DNA of 64,000 nt from Squalus acanthias (taxonomy: Eukaryota), in assembly GCA_030390025.1 (NCBI GenBank), contig CM059431.1, forward strand, positions 135,596,001-135,660,000, read 5' to 3'. The notes beneath the pieces are model-generated. The model was not told the origin of the DNA, ran no database searches, and saw only the letters and a list, made by a program, of their open reading frames with translations. The position numbers were made by a program, and so were the translations under genes. This document shows, in pieces, positions 48,933 to 61,282 of this stretch (positions within the stretch are counted from its first letter, which is position 1; each line of letters starts with the position of its first letter).

Positions 48933-50053
48933 ATCAGCAGCAGTAGAATCGAATTCCACAACAATCTGTAACCTCATGGCCCAGTATATCCCTCACTCTA
49001 CCATTACCATCAAACCAGGAGAACAACCCTAGTTCAATGAGAGTGTAGAAGAGCATACCAGGACCAGCACCAGACGTACCTAAAAATGAGGTGCTAACCT
49101 GGTGAAACTACAACTCAGTACTACATGCATGCTAAACAGCAGAAGCAGCATGCTATAGACAGAGCTAAGCGATCCCACAACCAACAGATAGATCAAAGCC
49201 CTGCAGTCCGCCACATCCAGTAGTGAATGGTCGTGGACAATTAAAAAACTAACGGGAGGAGGAGGCTTCATGAACATTCCCATCCTCAATGATGTCAGAG
49301 CCCAGCATGTGAGTGCAAAAGACAAGACTGAATGGTTCGCAACCATCTTCAGTCAGAAGTGCCGAGTGAGTGATCTATCTCGACCTCCTCCTGAGGTCCC
49401 CACCATCACAGGTCTGTGCTGTCCACAAAAAGCAGGATAAATCCAATCTGGACAATTACCACCCCATCAGTCTATCCTCAATCATCAGCAAAGTGATGGA
49501 AGGTTTCATCAACAGTGCTATCAAGCTGCACTTACCAATAACCTGCTAACCGATGCTCAGTTTGGGTTCCGCCAAGATTACTCTGCTCCAAACCTCATGA
49601 CAGCCTTGGTCCCAACATGGACAGAAGAGCTGAATTCTGGAGGTGAGGTGGGAGTGGCTGCCCATATCATCAAGGCAGCATTTGGCCAAGTGTGACTGCA
49701 ATGTGCACCTAAAAGATGCACTGCAGCAACTCGCCAAGGCTTCTTCAACAGCACCTCCCTAACCTGCGACCTCTACCACCTAAAAGGACAAGGACAGCAG
49801 GTGCATGGGAACACCAACACCTCCAAGTCACGCACCATCCTGACTTGGAAATATATCACCATTCTTCATCGTCGCTGGGTCAAAATCCTGAACCCCCCCA
49901 CCTAAAAGCACTTTGGGAGTACCTTCACAACTCAGACTGCAGTGGTTCAAAAAAGTGGCTCACCACCACCTTCTCAAGGACAATTAGGGATGGACAATAA
50001 ATGCTGGCCTTGCCAGCGATGCCCACATCCCATGAATCAATGAATGAAAATAA
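48933..50053 (+). mobile_element. Old, internally deleted non-LTR retrotransposon of a second family (CR1/L2 group)
   Basis: Degenerate RT motifs: NY.PISL..IISKVMEG (about 49453-49503), QFGFRQ and IKAAF..V (about 49669-49693). The 3' end gggatggacaataaatgctggccttgccagcgatgcccacatcccatgaa is shared with the 54449 element. Confidence 0.7.
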
Positions 50054-50074
50054 AAGGTGGAAGTAAAAGATTCT

Positions 50075-50285
50075 AGGGCACTATTTTGAAGAAGAGCAGG
50101 GGAGTTATCACTAAAGGAGATTATCTGGTCGTTATCACATTGCTGTTTGTGGGACCTTGCTGTGTTCAACTTGGCTGCCACATTTCTTACATTACAACAT
50201 TGACTATACCTCAGAATTGGCTTTAAAGTGCTTTGGGACATCCTGGGGTCATGAAAGGAGCTGTAGCAATGAAGTATTATTTTCT
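50075..50285 (+). mobile_element. Deu-domain SINE remnant (SacSINE1/AmnSINE1-like 3' portion)
   Basis: ttatcacattgctgtttgtggga.cttgctgtg...ttggctgcc...tacattacaaca...gctttgggacatcctg..gtcatgaaagg resembles the DeuSINE 3' region as recalled from memory. Not database-checked. Confidence 0.65.
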
Positions 50286-51058
50286 CCTGCAAAGAACAAG
50301 TTACAAGGCAATTACACCATAAGACTGCGACTTCAGTCAGTTGTATCTAGGCTAGTCATGGGTGAACCTCGTGAGCAAGCTCTGTACTTTAGCAGCTTCC
50401 TCAGCTGTCCACGCTCTATCACCTTTCCATTTAAGTTTTATTACACGCAGACCCATGAGCGGTAGCAATCTACAGCCATACAGCACACACATATTTTGTC
50501 CTTTGCAATCTTCTTGCCATAACTGAAATGTAAGTGCTTTGTAACTATTATCTGAAATCCAAGTTTCTGTAACTGTCCTATAACTTTGAGGAAGTAACAT
50601 ATAGAGTGGATAAAGGGGAACCAGTGGACGTAGTGTATTTAGACTTCCAAAAGGCATTTGACAAGGTGCCACACAAAAGATTATTGCTTAAGGTAAAAAA
50701 TCACGGGATTGGGGGTAATATTCTGGCATGGATAGAGGATTGGCTATCTAACAGAAAGCAAAGAGTTCATTCTCAGACTGGCAATCAGTAACTAGTGGTG
50801 TCCCACAGGGGTCAGTGCTGGGTCCCCAACTCTTTACAATCTATATTAACGATTTGGAGGAAGGGACCAAGTGTAACATATCAAAATTTGCAGATGATAC
50901 AAAGATGGGAGGGAAAGTAGTGAGTGAGGAGGACATAAAAAACCTGCAAGGGGACATAGACAGGCTAAGTAAGTGAGCAGAGATTTGGCAGATGGAATAC
51001 AACACTGGAAAGTGTGAGGTGATGCACTTTGGCAGGAAAAATCCTAGAGCAATTTATT

Positions 51059-52668
51059 GGCCCAGAAATTGATCTCGCTCTGTTCCCGCGGGGGTAAGGC
51101 TTCCCCGCGATCTCTCACTCCGCCTGTGCTTTTACAGATCCAGCTCGCACGAACTTGATGTTCCAGACATCAGCTGGGCAGTGCTTGCGTATCCCACCGG
51201 CGTAGTGAATTCGTGCGAGCTGTGGGATCACGTGACTCAGTTAGAGCCAATGGCAGCACACCATCTTCCATTCATAAGTTTCACATACGTGCTGTGAAAT
51301 CTATGGGGTAGAAATTAGGTCGCGCCCCATTTGGGGCGCAAATATCGTCCGGACGCAAATTTTCGCGCCTGGCGCTAATTATCGGCACTGACGGGAAACT
51401 TCACTTTTACCGCCCCGGGAGGTGAGTGGAGCGCTAAAGCAGGCGCTGCACACCTCTCTTAAGGCGCAAAGGCCGAGCAGTGAGGCGCTAACTCGGAGCG
51501 CTGGCGAAGCTCATGTAATGTCAGTCAGCAATGGAACACACACACAATGGCACGGGCCAGTTCTTAAAGGGGATGGTTAATCTTGCTTTCCATCCACATC
51601 CTGTTCATTGCTGCCTTGAATCTCGGCCTGGAGAGACTTGCACATCAAATGTGCTGGAAAGAACAATGGAGAGCACCAGGCAAAGAGCTCAGAGTGCAGC
51701 TCCCACGGTCTCTGCTAAATCGATACAAGGAATGGCAAATCAAAATGAACCTGCAAAGTGCTGCTCAGTACCCAAAACTCCTTCACACAACGTTGAATCT
51801 CTCCAGAAGTCTCTCCCTCTCTCTCTCAGAATGCGTAGTTCAAAAATGCCACCAACAATAAAAGACAGGAAGAGGCCCCCTTTAAATAGCGCCCCCCCCC
51901 AGCCCCACAGCGATTGATAGCGTTCCAGTCTTCTGGTCGTTGGAAGCGCCAGGCGGTAAGGCAGGGGGCGCCACTCAATTTCCGCTACGGGGCGCCCCAA
52001 GGGCGTTGCACCATGGAATGACGTCACAATCTGCGCGCGCAGGTGGTCGCAGCGGTAAGTTTTAGCGCCGCCGCACAATCTCAAGTTAAGTTCTCGAGCG
52101 GCGCAAACATCGCTGCGCCCGGGCGTTAGCGGCTTTGCGCCCCATTAGCGCCCTCTTCAGGCGCTAACGGGTGGCGCAACCAAGTGAATTTTTACCCCTA
52201 TGAATCTTACACCCCCCCAAAATAACAGCTAAACCTCAATTAAATTTTTTAAAAAACCATCACATTAATAAAATAAGTATAGTTAAATAAATTAACCATT
52301 TTAAATAAAAAATTAAAATTTTGAAAAAATTTTAAATCTTTTAAAAAGTTATAAAAATAAACTTACCTGTCTTTAAAGTCTCTAAAAAAGATATACCTTT
52401 TAAAAAAAATTCAAAAAAATACTTAATTCACTACTTACCTTGTTAAAAGTGGGTCTTACTCCTCCTTTTTCCATTTCTAAAATCTTCCGTACTTAACTGC
52501 GCGTCCAAAGCATGAAGTGCACAGCATGCGCGCAGCCTGTAGCGCGCACGCGATGCACCGAGGAACCGCCCCCTTTTCAAAAGACCAAGTGCCGGTTTTC
52601 AGCGCATGCGCAGGGCATGCAGAAAACCGGCAATTGGAGAGAGAATACGCGAGATGAATTTTTGGCCC
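51059..52668. mobile_element. Non-autonomous Harbinger-like TIR element, family B, copy 1 (contains family A copy 3)
   Basis: Ends are GGCCCAGAAATT and AATTTTTGGCCC, with flanks ATT and AAT (one mismatch). Removing it restores the CR1 frame AIYYLNG. Collinear with 61283-62046. Confidence 0.85.
51305..52198. mobile_element. Non-autonomous Harbinger-like TIR element, family A, copy 3 (diverged subfamily)
   Basis: Ends are GGGGTAGAAATT and AATTTTTACCCC. TAT is duplicated at 51302-51304 and 52199-52201. The empty site aacTATgaat is present in family B copy 2 (about 61534-61543). Confidence 0.92.
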
Positions 52669-53642
52669 AATATCTTAATGGCAAGAAACTGGAGAGTACT
52701 GAAGTGCAAAGGGATCTGGGGGTCCTGGTGCACGAAACTCAAAAGGTTAGTATGCAGGTGCAGCAAGTGATTAAGAAGGCAAATGGAATGTTGGCTTTCA
52801 TTGCTAGGGGGATAGAATATAAAAATAGGGAGGTATTGCTTCAGTTGTACAAGGTATTGGTGAGACCGCACCTGGAATACTGCATACAGTTTTGGTGTCC
52901 TTACTTAAGGAAAGACATCCTTGCTCTCGAGGCAGTGCAAAAAAGGTTCACTCGGTTAATCCCGGGGATGAGGGGGTGGTCATATGAGGAGAGGTTGGGT
53001 AGATTGGGACTCTACTCATTGGAGTTCAGAAGAATGAGAGACGATCTTATTGAAACATATAAGATTGTGAAGGGGTTGGATCGGGTGGATGCGGGGAGGA
53101 TGTTCCCGATGACGGGTGAGACTAGAACTAGGGGACATAGTCTTAGAATAAGGGGCTGCTCTTTCAAAACTGAGATGAGGAGGAACTACTTCACTCAGAG
53201 GGTGGTAGGTCCATGGAATATGCTGCCACAAAAAGCTGTAGAAGCTACATCATTAAATAAATTTAAAACAGAAATAGACAGTTTCCTAGAAGTAAAGGGC
53301 ATTAAGGGTTACGGGGAGCGGGCAGGAATTTGGACATGAGTCTAGGTTCGGATCGGTCATGGCCCTGTGGGTAGTGGAGCAGGCCCAGGGACCGTGTAGC
53401 CTGATTCTGCTCCTATTTCGTGTGTGCAATTCTGTTAGATGCAGGAGATGGTTCTGTGATAGATAGTAGATTGGCGGTTAGGATCAGATCAGCCATGATC
53501 TTATTGAATGGCGGAGCAGGCTCGAGGGGCCGATTGGCCTACTCCTGCTCCTATTTCTTATGTTCTTATGTTCTTATGTAACTCTCTGACACAAATATAT
53601 TTTAAAATATCTTTACAACTTCAATTATTTTTTTAAGTATTT

Positions 53643-54216
53643 GGGCAAAATATTTGTTTAGGCCATTTTTGGGAACAGAATTGATGATGTGCTAAGAGTG
53701 CACACCAGAAGCCGGAGAAACAATGCTTCAGGCCTCAGGCATATTTCTGGCAAGCTGCGGCCGCACATCAGGCGGAGGCATCTCGCCAGTTAGAGCAGTA
53801 ACTATTTGGGCCAGCAGCAGTCCTCAGGTAGGTTGTGGGAGGGAGAAGAGGAATGGGAGCAGCTGCCAATGGCCCTCGGGAGTGCTGTGGAGATGTGAGG
53901 AGCACTCCTGCTCCTCCTGGCTCCATATGAAGGTAAAGTAAAAATGTACCATTTTTCTTGACGGCTGTTGGTTAGCTGCACCAATCGTTGGGAAGCCTGA
54001 CTGGAAAATGAGGCTTTAGGCCTCTCATTAACATATGAAAGGGGCCTAACACCTGTTTAAGGTAGTTGCCCAGGAAGCCTGAATATCGTCTGAGGCCAAT
54101 ATGGCATTGGACGTATTTCAGGCATCCCTGGGTAGCGGGATGTAGCTCCATGAAATTGGACATTTTTGACCCCATTTTACACCCAAAAAATGGGTGAAAT
54201 GATCCATTTCTAGGCC
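53643..54216. mobile_element. Possible old non-autonomous Harbinger-like element
   Basis: Right end atttctaggcc resembles the family B terminus and a degenerate left end reads gggcaaaatatt. No clean TSD and no second copy in the window. Confidence 0.3.
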
Positions 54217-54448
54217 TTTTAGTCCTGAATTTTGCATATGTTTTAGTCTACATATGTCATGCAGGTCCTATGGCTCAGAGTGCAGATGGGCATCCTACTC
54301 CCATGTCTCTATCAATGTCTCTTTGAAGCCAGCTGCTACGAAAAGTAGTCTGATGTTTCCCATTCATTTTTCTTTTCTTCTTGATCTTTGGTTGAAACAC
54401 TATAGTGATGATCAGCTGCTAAACAGTGTGAAGAATTGCACGTTTTTT

Positions 54449-55170
54449 TAATTCATTCCTGGGATGTGGGTGTCGCTGGCAAGGCCAGCATTTATTGCCC
54501 ATCCCTAATTGCCCTCGAGAAGGTGGTGGTGAGCCGCCTTCTTGAACAGCTGCAGTCCGTGTGGTGAAGGTACTCCCACAGTGCTGTTAGGGAGGGAGTT
54601 CCAGGCTTTTGACCCAGCGAGGATGAAGGAACGGCCGATATATTTCCAAGTCAGGATGGTGTGTGACTTGAAGGGGAACTTGGAGGTGGTGGTGTTCCCA
54701 TGCATCTGCTGCCCTTGTCCTTCTAGGTGGTAGAGGTCGCGAGTTTGGGAGGTGCTGTCAAAGAAGCCTTGGCGAGTTGCTGCTGTGGAGGAGGGAGTGA
54801 ATGTTTAAGATGGTGGATGTAGGCTGCTATGTCTTGGATAGTGTCAAGTTTCTTGAGTGCAGGAGCTCCACTTATCCAGGCAAGTGGAGAGTATTCCACC
54901 ACACTCCTTGCTTGTGCCTTGTACATTGTGGAAAGGTTTTGGGGAGTCAGGAGGTGAGACACTTGCCACAGAATACCTAGCCTCTGACCTGCTCTTGTAG
55001 CCACAATATTTATGTGTCTGGTCCATTTAAGTTTCTGGTCAATGGTGACCCCCCTCCCCCCCCCTCCCCAGAATGTTAATGGTGAGGGATTTGGAGATGG
55101 TAATGCTGTTGAATATCAAGGGGTAGGGGTTAGATTCTCGCTTGTTGGAGATTACATGTCACTTATCAGC
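54449..55170 (-). mobile_element. Old non-LTR retrotransposon 3' fragment, same family as 48933-50053
   Basis: Reverse complement matches the 49720-50045 3' region. Minus translations give AGQRLGIL...YKAQARSVVEYSPLAW and KAWNSLPNS. Confidence 0.75.
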
Positions 55171-55407
55171 CCTAGCCTACACCTGACCGTTCCATAGTGT
55201 TAGTATTTGTGCTCGAACAACTTGCACAACCCTGCTGCAGTGCAATTGTAGTTTTTATTTGTGTAAAAGACAGATAAATCCAATGATTTTCTGGTCAATG
55301 AGTTTAAAGCACAAAACTATTGGTATAATCATTCAAATTAATCAATCCTGAATTTTCAAAATCAAGGCATCCCATATCAGTGCTACAAAGGTATTTTAAA
55401 AGTTACT

Positions 55408-55861
55408 AGCCTAGAAATTCGGGGGTTTGGCACCGGCCATTCAGCCTTGTTTTGAAGAAAAAATGGTGGCTGACTCGCTTCCGCCCACTTCCGGCGGGTT
55501 CTGCGGCATCTGCCATTTTGGACAGGCCGGCAGCTCTGCCATTGCCAGTGCTCGCTAGAGAAATGGAATGAGGCACTTTGATGCATGATCTGCCATTTTC
55601 GAAGTCACCGCTCCACTTACCGCCCTCTCTTAATTACGAGCAGCTGACCAAGCATTCAGCAGCAGTAAGGAGTCACCAACAGCGTTATTTAAAACGATCA
55701 TCAACAACAACTTACAGCTGGCATGGTTTCTCAGTTTTACTGGCTCTGTCCAGGTTTCTGCCTCTTGCAGCTTTCTAATCTTGTTTAAAGTTGCTGAGGG
55801 CACAGGGAGTGTTGCTATAAGTGGAGAACGCCTTGATTCTCATTTAAAGGCTTCTACTCAG
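55408..55861 (+). mobile_element. Probable left end (TIR, promoter, 5' UTR) of the Harbinger element whose transposase starts at 58798
   Basis: Begins AGCCTAGAAATT, similar to the family B TIR GGCCCAGAAATT. Contains GCCATTTT twice, CACTTCCGG and tatttaaaa. Only a CR1 insertion separates it from the transposase ATG. Confidence 0.5.
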
Positions 55862-58773
55862 GTCAGGTGAGGAGAAATTTAGAAATCAAAAGGGAAAAGA
55901 CAAGGCAATGGAGCAGTGCAGCGATTTGGGTAAAGATAAGCAGAGTGTGACAGGAAGGGACAGAGAGTTTAACAGTAATAGTACATCAGCAAATAAGGTG
56001 AAAACAGGGAATAATGGTAAAAAGTTCAAATTAAAGGCTCTTTATCTGAATGCACAAAGCATTCATAACAAGATAGACAAATTAATGGCACAAATAGAGA
56101 TAAATGGCTTTGATCTAATAGCCATTAGAGAGGCGTGGTTGCAAAGTGACTAAGGTTGGGAACTAAATATTCCAGGGTACTTGAAGTTTCAAAAAGAGAG
56201 GCAGAATGGAAAAGGAGGGGGTTAGCCTTGATAATAAAGGATGATATAAGGATAGTAGTGAGAAAGGATCTTGGCTCAGAAGATCAGGAAGTAGAATCAG
56301 TGGAGATAAGAAATAACAAAGGGCAGAAAACACTGGTGGGAGTTGTTTATAGGCCCCCAAACAGCATCTATACTGTTGGACAGAGTATTAATTGTAACAA
56401 AGGTAGTACTATAATCATGGGGGCTTTAATCTTCATATAGACTAGGCAAATCAAATTGGCAAAGGTAGTCTGGAGGAACAATTTATGGAATGCATTTGAG
56501 ACAGTTTCCTAGAACAATACATTATGGAACCAACCAAGGAACAGGTTATTTTAGATCTTGTATTGTGTAATAAAACAGGGTTAATTAGGAATCTCATAGT
56601 AAAGGATCCTCTGGGGAAGAGTGATCATAATATGAAGAATTTCACATTGAGTTTGAGAGTGAAATACTTCAGTCCAAAATGAGAGTCTTAAACTTAAATA
56701 AAGCCAATTACATAAGTATGAGGAGTGAGTTGGCTAAGGTAGATTGGGAAATTAGATTAAAAGCTATGATGGTAGATAAGCGGTGGCAAACATTTAAAGA
56801 AATATTCTAAAATTCTCAATGAATATACATTCCATTGAGAAATAAAAATGCCATGGGAAAAGTGATTCATCCATGGCTAACTAAAGAAGTTAAGGATAGC
56901 ATTAGATTAAAAGAAGAGGCTTCTAATTTTGTGAAGAATAGTAGTAAGCCTGATGATTGGGGGAGCTTTAGAAACCAGCAAAGGATGACCAGAAAATTGA
57001 TAAACAGGGAGAAAATAGAATATGAGAGTAAACTAGCAAGAAATATAAAAACAGATTATAAGAGCTTCTACAAGTATGTAAAAAGGTAAAGAGTAGCAAA
57101 AGTAAGCGTTGGTCCCTTACAGGCTGAGACAGGTGAAATTATAATGGGAACATAAGGAAATGGCAGAGACTTTTTAAAGAAATATTTTGTATCTGTTTGC
57201 ACAGTGGGAAGCCTAGGGGCTAATAAGAGTGAGGAATGTAAAGTAATTAATATCAGTAGAGAAAAAATACTTGAGAAACTAATGGGACTAAAAGCTGACA
57301 AATCCCCTGGACTGGATGGCCGACATCCTAGGGTTCTAAAAGAGGTGGTTACAAAGATAGTGGATGTATTGGTTGTGATCTTCCAAAATTCCCTAGATTC
57401 TGGAACGGTCCAAGCGGATTGGAAGGTAGCAAATGTAACCCTGCTATTCAAGGAGGGAGAGAGAAAACAGAGAACTACAGGCCAGTTAGCCTGACATCAG
57501 TCATTGGGAAAATGTTGGAATCCATTATTAAGGAAGTGGTAACAGGGCACTTAGAAAACCATAACTTGATTAGGCAGAGTCAACATGGTTTTATGAAAAG
57601 GAAATCATGTTTAACAAATTTATTAGAGTTTTTTGAGGATGTAACTTGCAGGGTAGATAAAGGGGAACCAGTGGATATAGTATATTTGGATTTCCAAAAG
57701 GCATTCGATAAGGTGCCACGTTAAAGGTTGCTCCATAAGAAAAGGGCTCATGAGGTTGGGGATAATATATTAGCATGGATAGAGGATTGGTTAATGGGAA
57801 GAAAACAGAGAGTAGGGATAAAGGGGTAATTTTCCGGTTGGCAGGCTGTAACTAATGGGGTGCCGCAAGGATCATTGCTTGGGCCTCAGCTATTTACAAT
57901 CTATGTTAATGACTTAGATGAAGGGACCAAGTGCAATATATCCAAGTTTTTTGACAATACAAAGCTAGGTGGGACAGTAAGCTGTGAGGAGGACACAAAG
58001 AGCCTGCAAAGGGATATAGACAGGTTAAGTCAGTGGGCAATGAGGTGGTAGATGGAGTATAATGTGGGGAAATGTGAGGTTATTCACTTTGGTAGGAAGA
58101 ATAGAAAAACAGAATATTTTTTAAATGGTGAGAAACTATGAAATGTTCGTGTTCAGAGAGATTTAGGTGCCCTCGTACAGGAAACACAGAGAGTTAGCAT
58201 GCAGGTAGAGCAAGCAATTAGGAAAGCAAATGACATATTGGCCTTTATTGCAAGGAGGTTGGAGTACAAGAGTAAAGAAGTTTTAATACAATTGTACAGG
58301 GCTTTGGTGAGACCACATCTAGAGTAATGTGCACAGTTTTGGTCTCCTCATCTTGAAAGGACATACATGCCTTAGAGGCGGTGCAACAAAGGTTCACTAG
58401 GATGATCCCTGAGATGAGAGGGTTGTCCTATAAGGAGAGATTGAGTAGATTGGGCCTATACTGTCTGGAGTTTAGAAGAATGTGAAGTGATCTTATTGAA
58501 ACATGTAAGATTCTTAGGGGGATTGACACGGTAGATGCTGAGAGGTTGTTTCCCCTGGCTGGAGTGTCTAGAACGAAGGGGCATAGTCTCAGGATAAGGA
58601 GTTGGCCATTTAAGGTTGAGGTGAGGAGGAATTTCTTCACTCAGAGGGTTGTGAATCTTTGGAATTCTCCACCCGAAAGGGCTGTGAATGTGGAGTCGTT
58701 GATCTTTTGAATGGCGGAGCAGACACAAAGGGCTGCATGGCCTACTCCTGCTACTAATTCTTATGTTCTTATG
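55862..58773 (+). mobile_element. Heavily decayed CR1 LINE, ORF2 region (EN plus RT) through the tail
   Basis: LYLNAQSIHNK, GVVYRPPN, DKSPG.DG.HPRVLKE, YRPVSLTS, YLDFQKAFD and PQGSLLGP. Many stops. Tail ttcttatgttcttatg. Confidence 0.9.
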
Positions 58774-58797
58774 TCCTCACACCACTTGCTCACTGTC

Positions 58798-59063
58798 ATG
58801 TGGGCTCTACTTGCAATCCCCCTCACACTCGAGTATCTTCAGGAGAGGGAGCGGATGCAGCGAAGAGGAGGAGAAGATGCTTGCTGAGGGAGGAGGAGGC
58901 CTTACCCACCTAGGGTTTTCCGAGAGCACTTCACTTACCTCCACTTAAGCGGAGAGTTATGTATGAGGAAGTTTCGCTTCACCAAGGAGGTGGTCATAGA
59001 ACTCTGCCACCTCCTGCAACCAGACCTGCAGCCTCAGAGCTGGGTGACCACGGCTCTCCCAGT
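58798..59063 (+). pseudogene. PIF/Harbinger transposase (HARBI1-like), N-terminal fragment
   Basis: Manual translation from ATG 58798 with one internal stop gives ...RRRPYPPRVFREHFTYLHLSGELCMRKFRFTKEVVIELCHLLQPDLQPQSWVTTALPV, then a CR1 tail cuts it. Confidence 0.8.
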
Positions 59064-59075
59064 CATAGAGTCATA

Positions 59076-59968
59076 GGGGGAAAAATTCAGTATCGCCCCA
59101 TTTGGGGCGCAATTATCAGCCGGGCGCAAAGATTAGCGCCTGGCACTAATTATCGCCACCGACTGCAAACTTGACTTTTATCGCCCCTGGAGGTGATTGG
59201 AGTGCTAAATCAGGCGCTTCACACCTGTCTTAAGGCGCAAAGGCCGAGGAGCGAGGTGCTATCTCAGAGCGCTGGCAAAGCTCATGTGATGTCAGTCAGC
59301 AATGGAACAGAGACACAATGGCACGGGCCAGTTCTTAAAGGGGAGGGTTGATCTTGCTTTCCATCCACATCCTGCTCATTGCAGCCTTGAATCTCGGCCT
59401 GGAGAGACCTGTACATCAAATCTGCTGGAAAGAACAATGGAGAGGCCCAGGGAAAGAGCTCAGAGTGCAGCCCCCACAGTCTCTTCTAAATCGATACAAG
59501 GAAGGGCAAATCAAAATGAACCTGCAAAGTGCTGCTCAGTACCCAAAACTCCTTCACACAGCGTTGAATCTCTCCAGAAGTCTCTCTCTCTCTCTCTCAG
59601 AATGTGTGGTCCAAAAATGTCGCCAACAAAAAAAGGCAGGAAGCGGTCGCCTTTAAATAGCACTCCCCCAGTCCCTTCCTGACTGCAAAACGCTCCCCTC
59701 AACCTGTCGTTGCTAGCGGCAGGCGGTAAGGCAGGGGGCGCCACTCAATATCCACTCCGGGGCGCTGCCGGGGCGTTGCGCACTCGACTGACGTCAAGAT
59801 CTGCCGGCGCAGGAGATCGTGGCGGTACTGTTTAGCGCTGCCGCAAAATGTCTAGTTAATTTCGCGAGCGGCGCAAACATCACCGCGCCCGGGCACTAGT
59901 TGCTTTGCGCCCCATTAGCGCCCTCTTAAGCCCCTAATGGGAGGCACAACCAACTGAATTTTTCCCCC
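59076..59968. mobile_element. Non-autonomous Harbinger-like TIR element, family A, copy 4 (893 bp)
   Basis: Perfect 16-bp TIR GGGGGAAAAATTCAGT / ACTGAATTTTTCCCCC. ATA is duplicated at 59073-59075 and 59969-59971. Lies inside the CR1 tail. Confidence 0.95.
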
Positions 59969-60191
59969 ATAGTGTCATAATGGCACAGAAGGAGGCCGTT
60001 TGGCCCATCGAGTCTTTGCCGGCTCTCTGTAGAGCAATCCAGTCAGTGCCATTCCCCCACTCTATCTCCGTAGCCCTGCAAGTTTATTTCCCTCAAGTGC
60101 CTATCCAGTCTCCCCTTGAAAACATTGAGTGTCTCCGCTTTCACCACTTCCGTCGGCAGCGAATTCCAAGTTATCACCACTCGCTGTGTAA

Positions 60192-60831
60192 TCATAGAAT
60201 CATAGAAATTTACAGCACGGAAGAAGGCCATTTCGGCTCATCATGTCTGCGCCGGCCAACAAAGAGCTATCCAGCCTAATCCCACTTCCCAGCTCTTGGT
60301 CCGTATCCCTGCAGGTTAGAGCATCCCAAGTGCACATCCAAGTACTTTTTAAATGTGGTTAGGGTTTCTGCCTCTACCACCCTTTCAGGCAGTGAGTTCC
60401 AGACCCCCACAACCCACTGGGTGAAGAAATTTCCCCTCAAATCCCCTCTAAACCTTCCACCAATTACTTTAAATCTGTGCCCCCTGGTTTTTGACCCCTC
60501 TGCTAAGGGAAATAAGTCCTTTCTATCCACTGTATCTATGCCCCTCATAATTTTATACGCCTCAATAAGGTCTCCTCTCAGCCTCCTCTGTTCCAAGGAA
60601 AACAGACCCAGCCTATCCAGTCTTTCCTCATAGCTAAGATTCTCTACTCCTGGCAACATCCTTGTAAATCTCCTCTGTACCCTCTCTAGTGCAATCACAT
60701 CTTTCCTGTAATGTGGTGACCAGAACTGCACGCAGTACTCTAACTGAGGTCTGACTAGTGTTTTATACAGTTGAAGCATAACCCCACCTGCTCTTGTATT
60801 CTATGCCACGGCTAATTCCATATGCGTATTC
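60192..60831 (-). mobile_element. Short 5'-truncated CR1 3' fragment nested in a CR1
   Basis: Open ORF2 C-terminus (LYKTLVRPQLEYCVQFWSP...GKWD) and tail (atcataga)n. tgtaa is repeated at 60187-60191 and 60832-60836. Confidence 0.9.
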
Positions 60832-61282
60832 TGTAAGAATGTTTTTCCTCACGTCCTCCCGTATCTCTTGCCCCAAACCTTAAATCTGAGTCCCCTAGTC
60901 CTTGTACCATCAACTAGTGGGAACAGCGTTTCCCCGTCTAGCCTATCCAAACATCTATCAAATCACCCCGCAACCTCCTTTGCTCTAATGAAAACAAATC
61001 CAGCTTCTCCAACCTGTCCTTGTAGCTAAGATCCACCATCCTCAGAACCATTCTGGTAAATCTCCTCTGCACCCTCTCAAGGGCCTTCACATCCTTCCTA
61101 AAGTGTAGTGACCAGAACTGGACGCAATACTCCAGTTGTGGCCTAACCAGCACTTTATAAAGGTTCAGCATAACTTCTCTACTTTTGTACTCAATACCTC
61201 TATTTATGAAGCCCAAGATCCCATATGCTTTGCTAACTACTCTCTCAATATGTCCTGCCACCTTCAGGGACCTATGCACATT

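Larger units (their letters stand above)
50585..53578 (+). mobile_element. 5'-truncated CR1 LINE interrupted by a family B element that itself contains a family A element
   Basis: [27 protein letters not shown] and FADDTK, then YLNGKKL...RPHLEYC...FTQRVV after the insertion. Tail is (ttcttatg)3. Confidence 0.92.

Noticed and set aside
52512..53339. 275-aa ORF as a functional chimeric gene
   Set aside because: Chance read-through from the right arm of family B into the CR1 ORF2 C-terminus. It lacks the RT core.
59072..59972. Family A as a 4-bp (ATAG) or TA TSD element (piggyBac, Kolobok or Tc1/mariner type)
   Set aside because: Symmetric TIR ends and the empty sites in three copies fit only a 3-bp TAT/ATA duplication.
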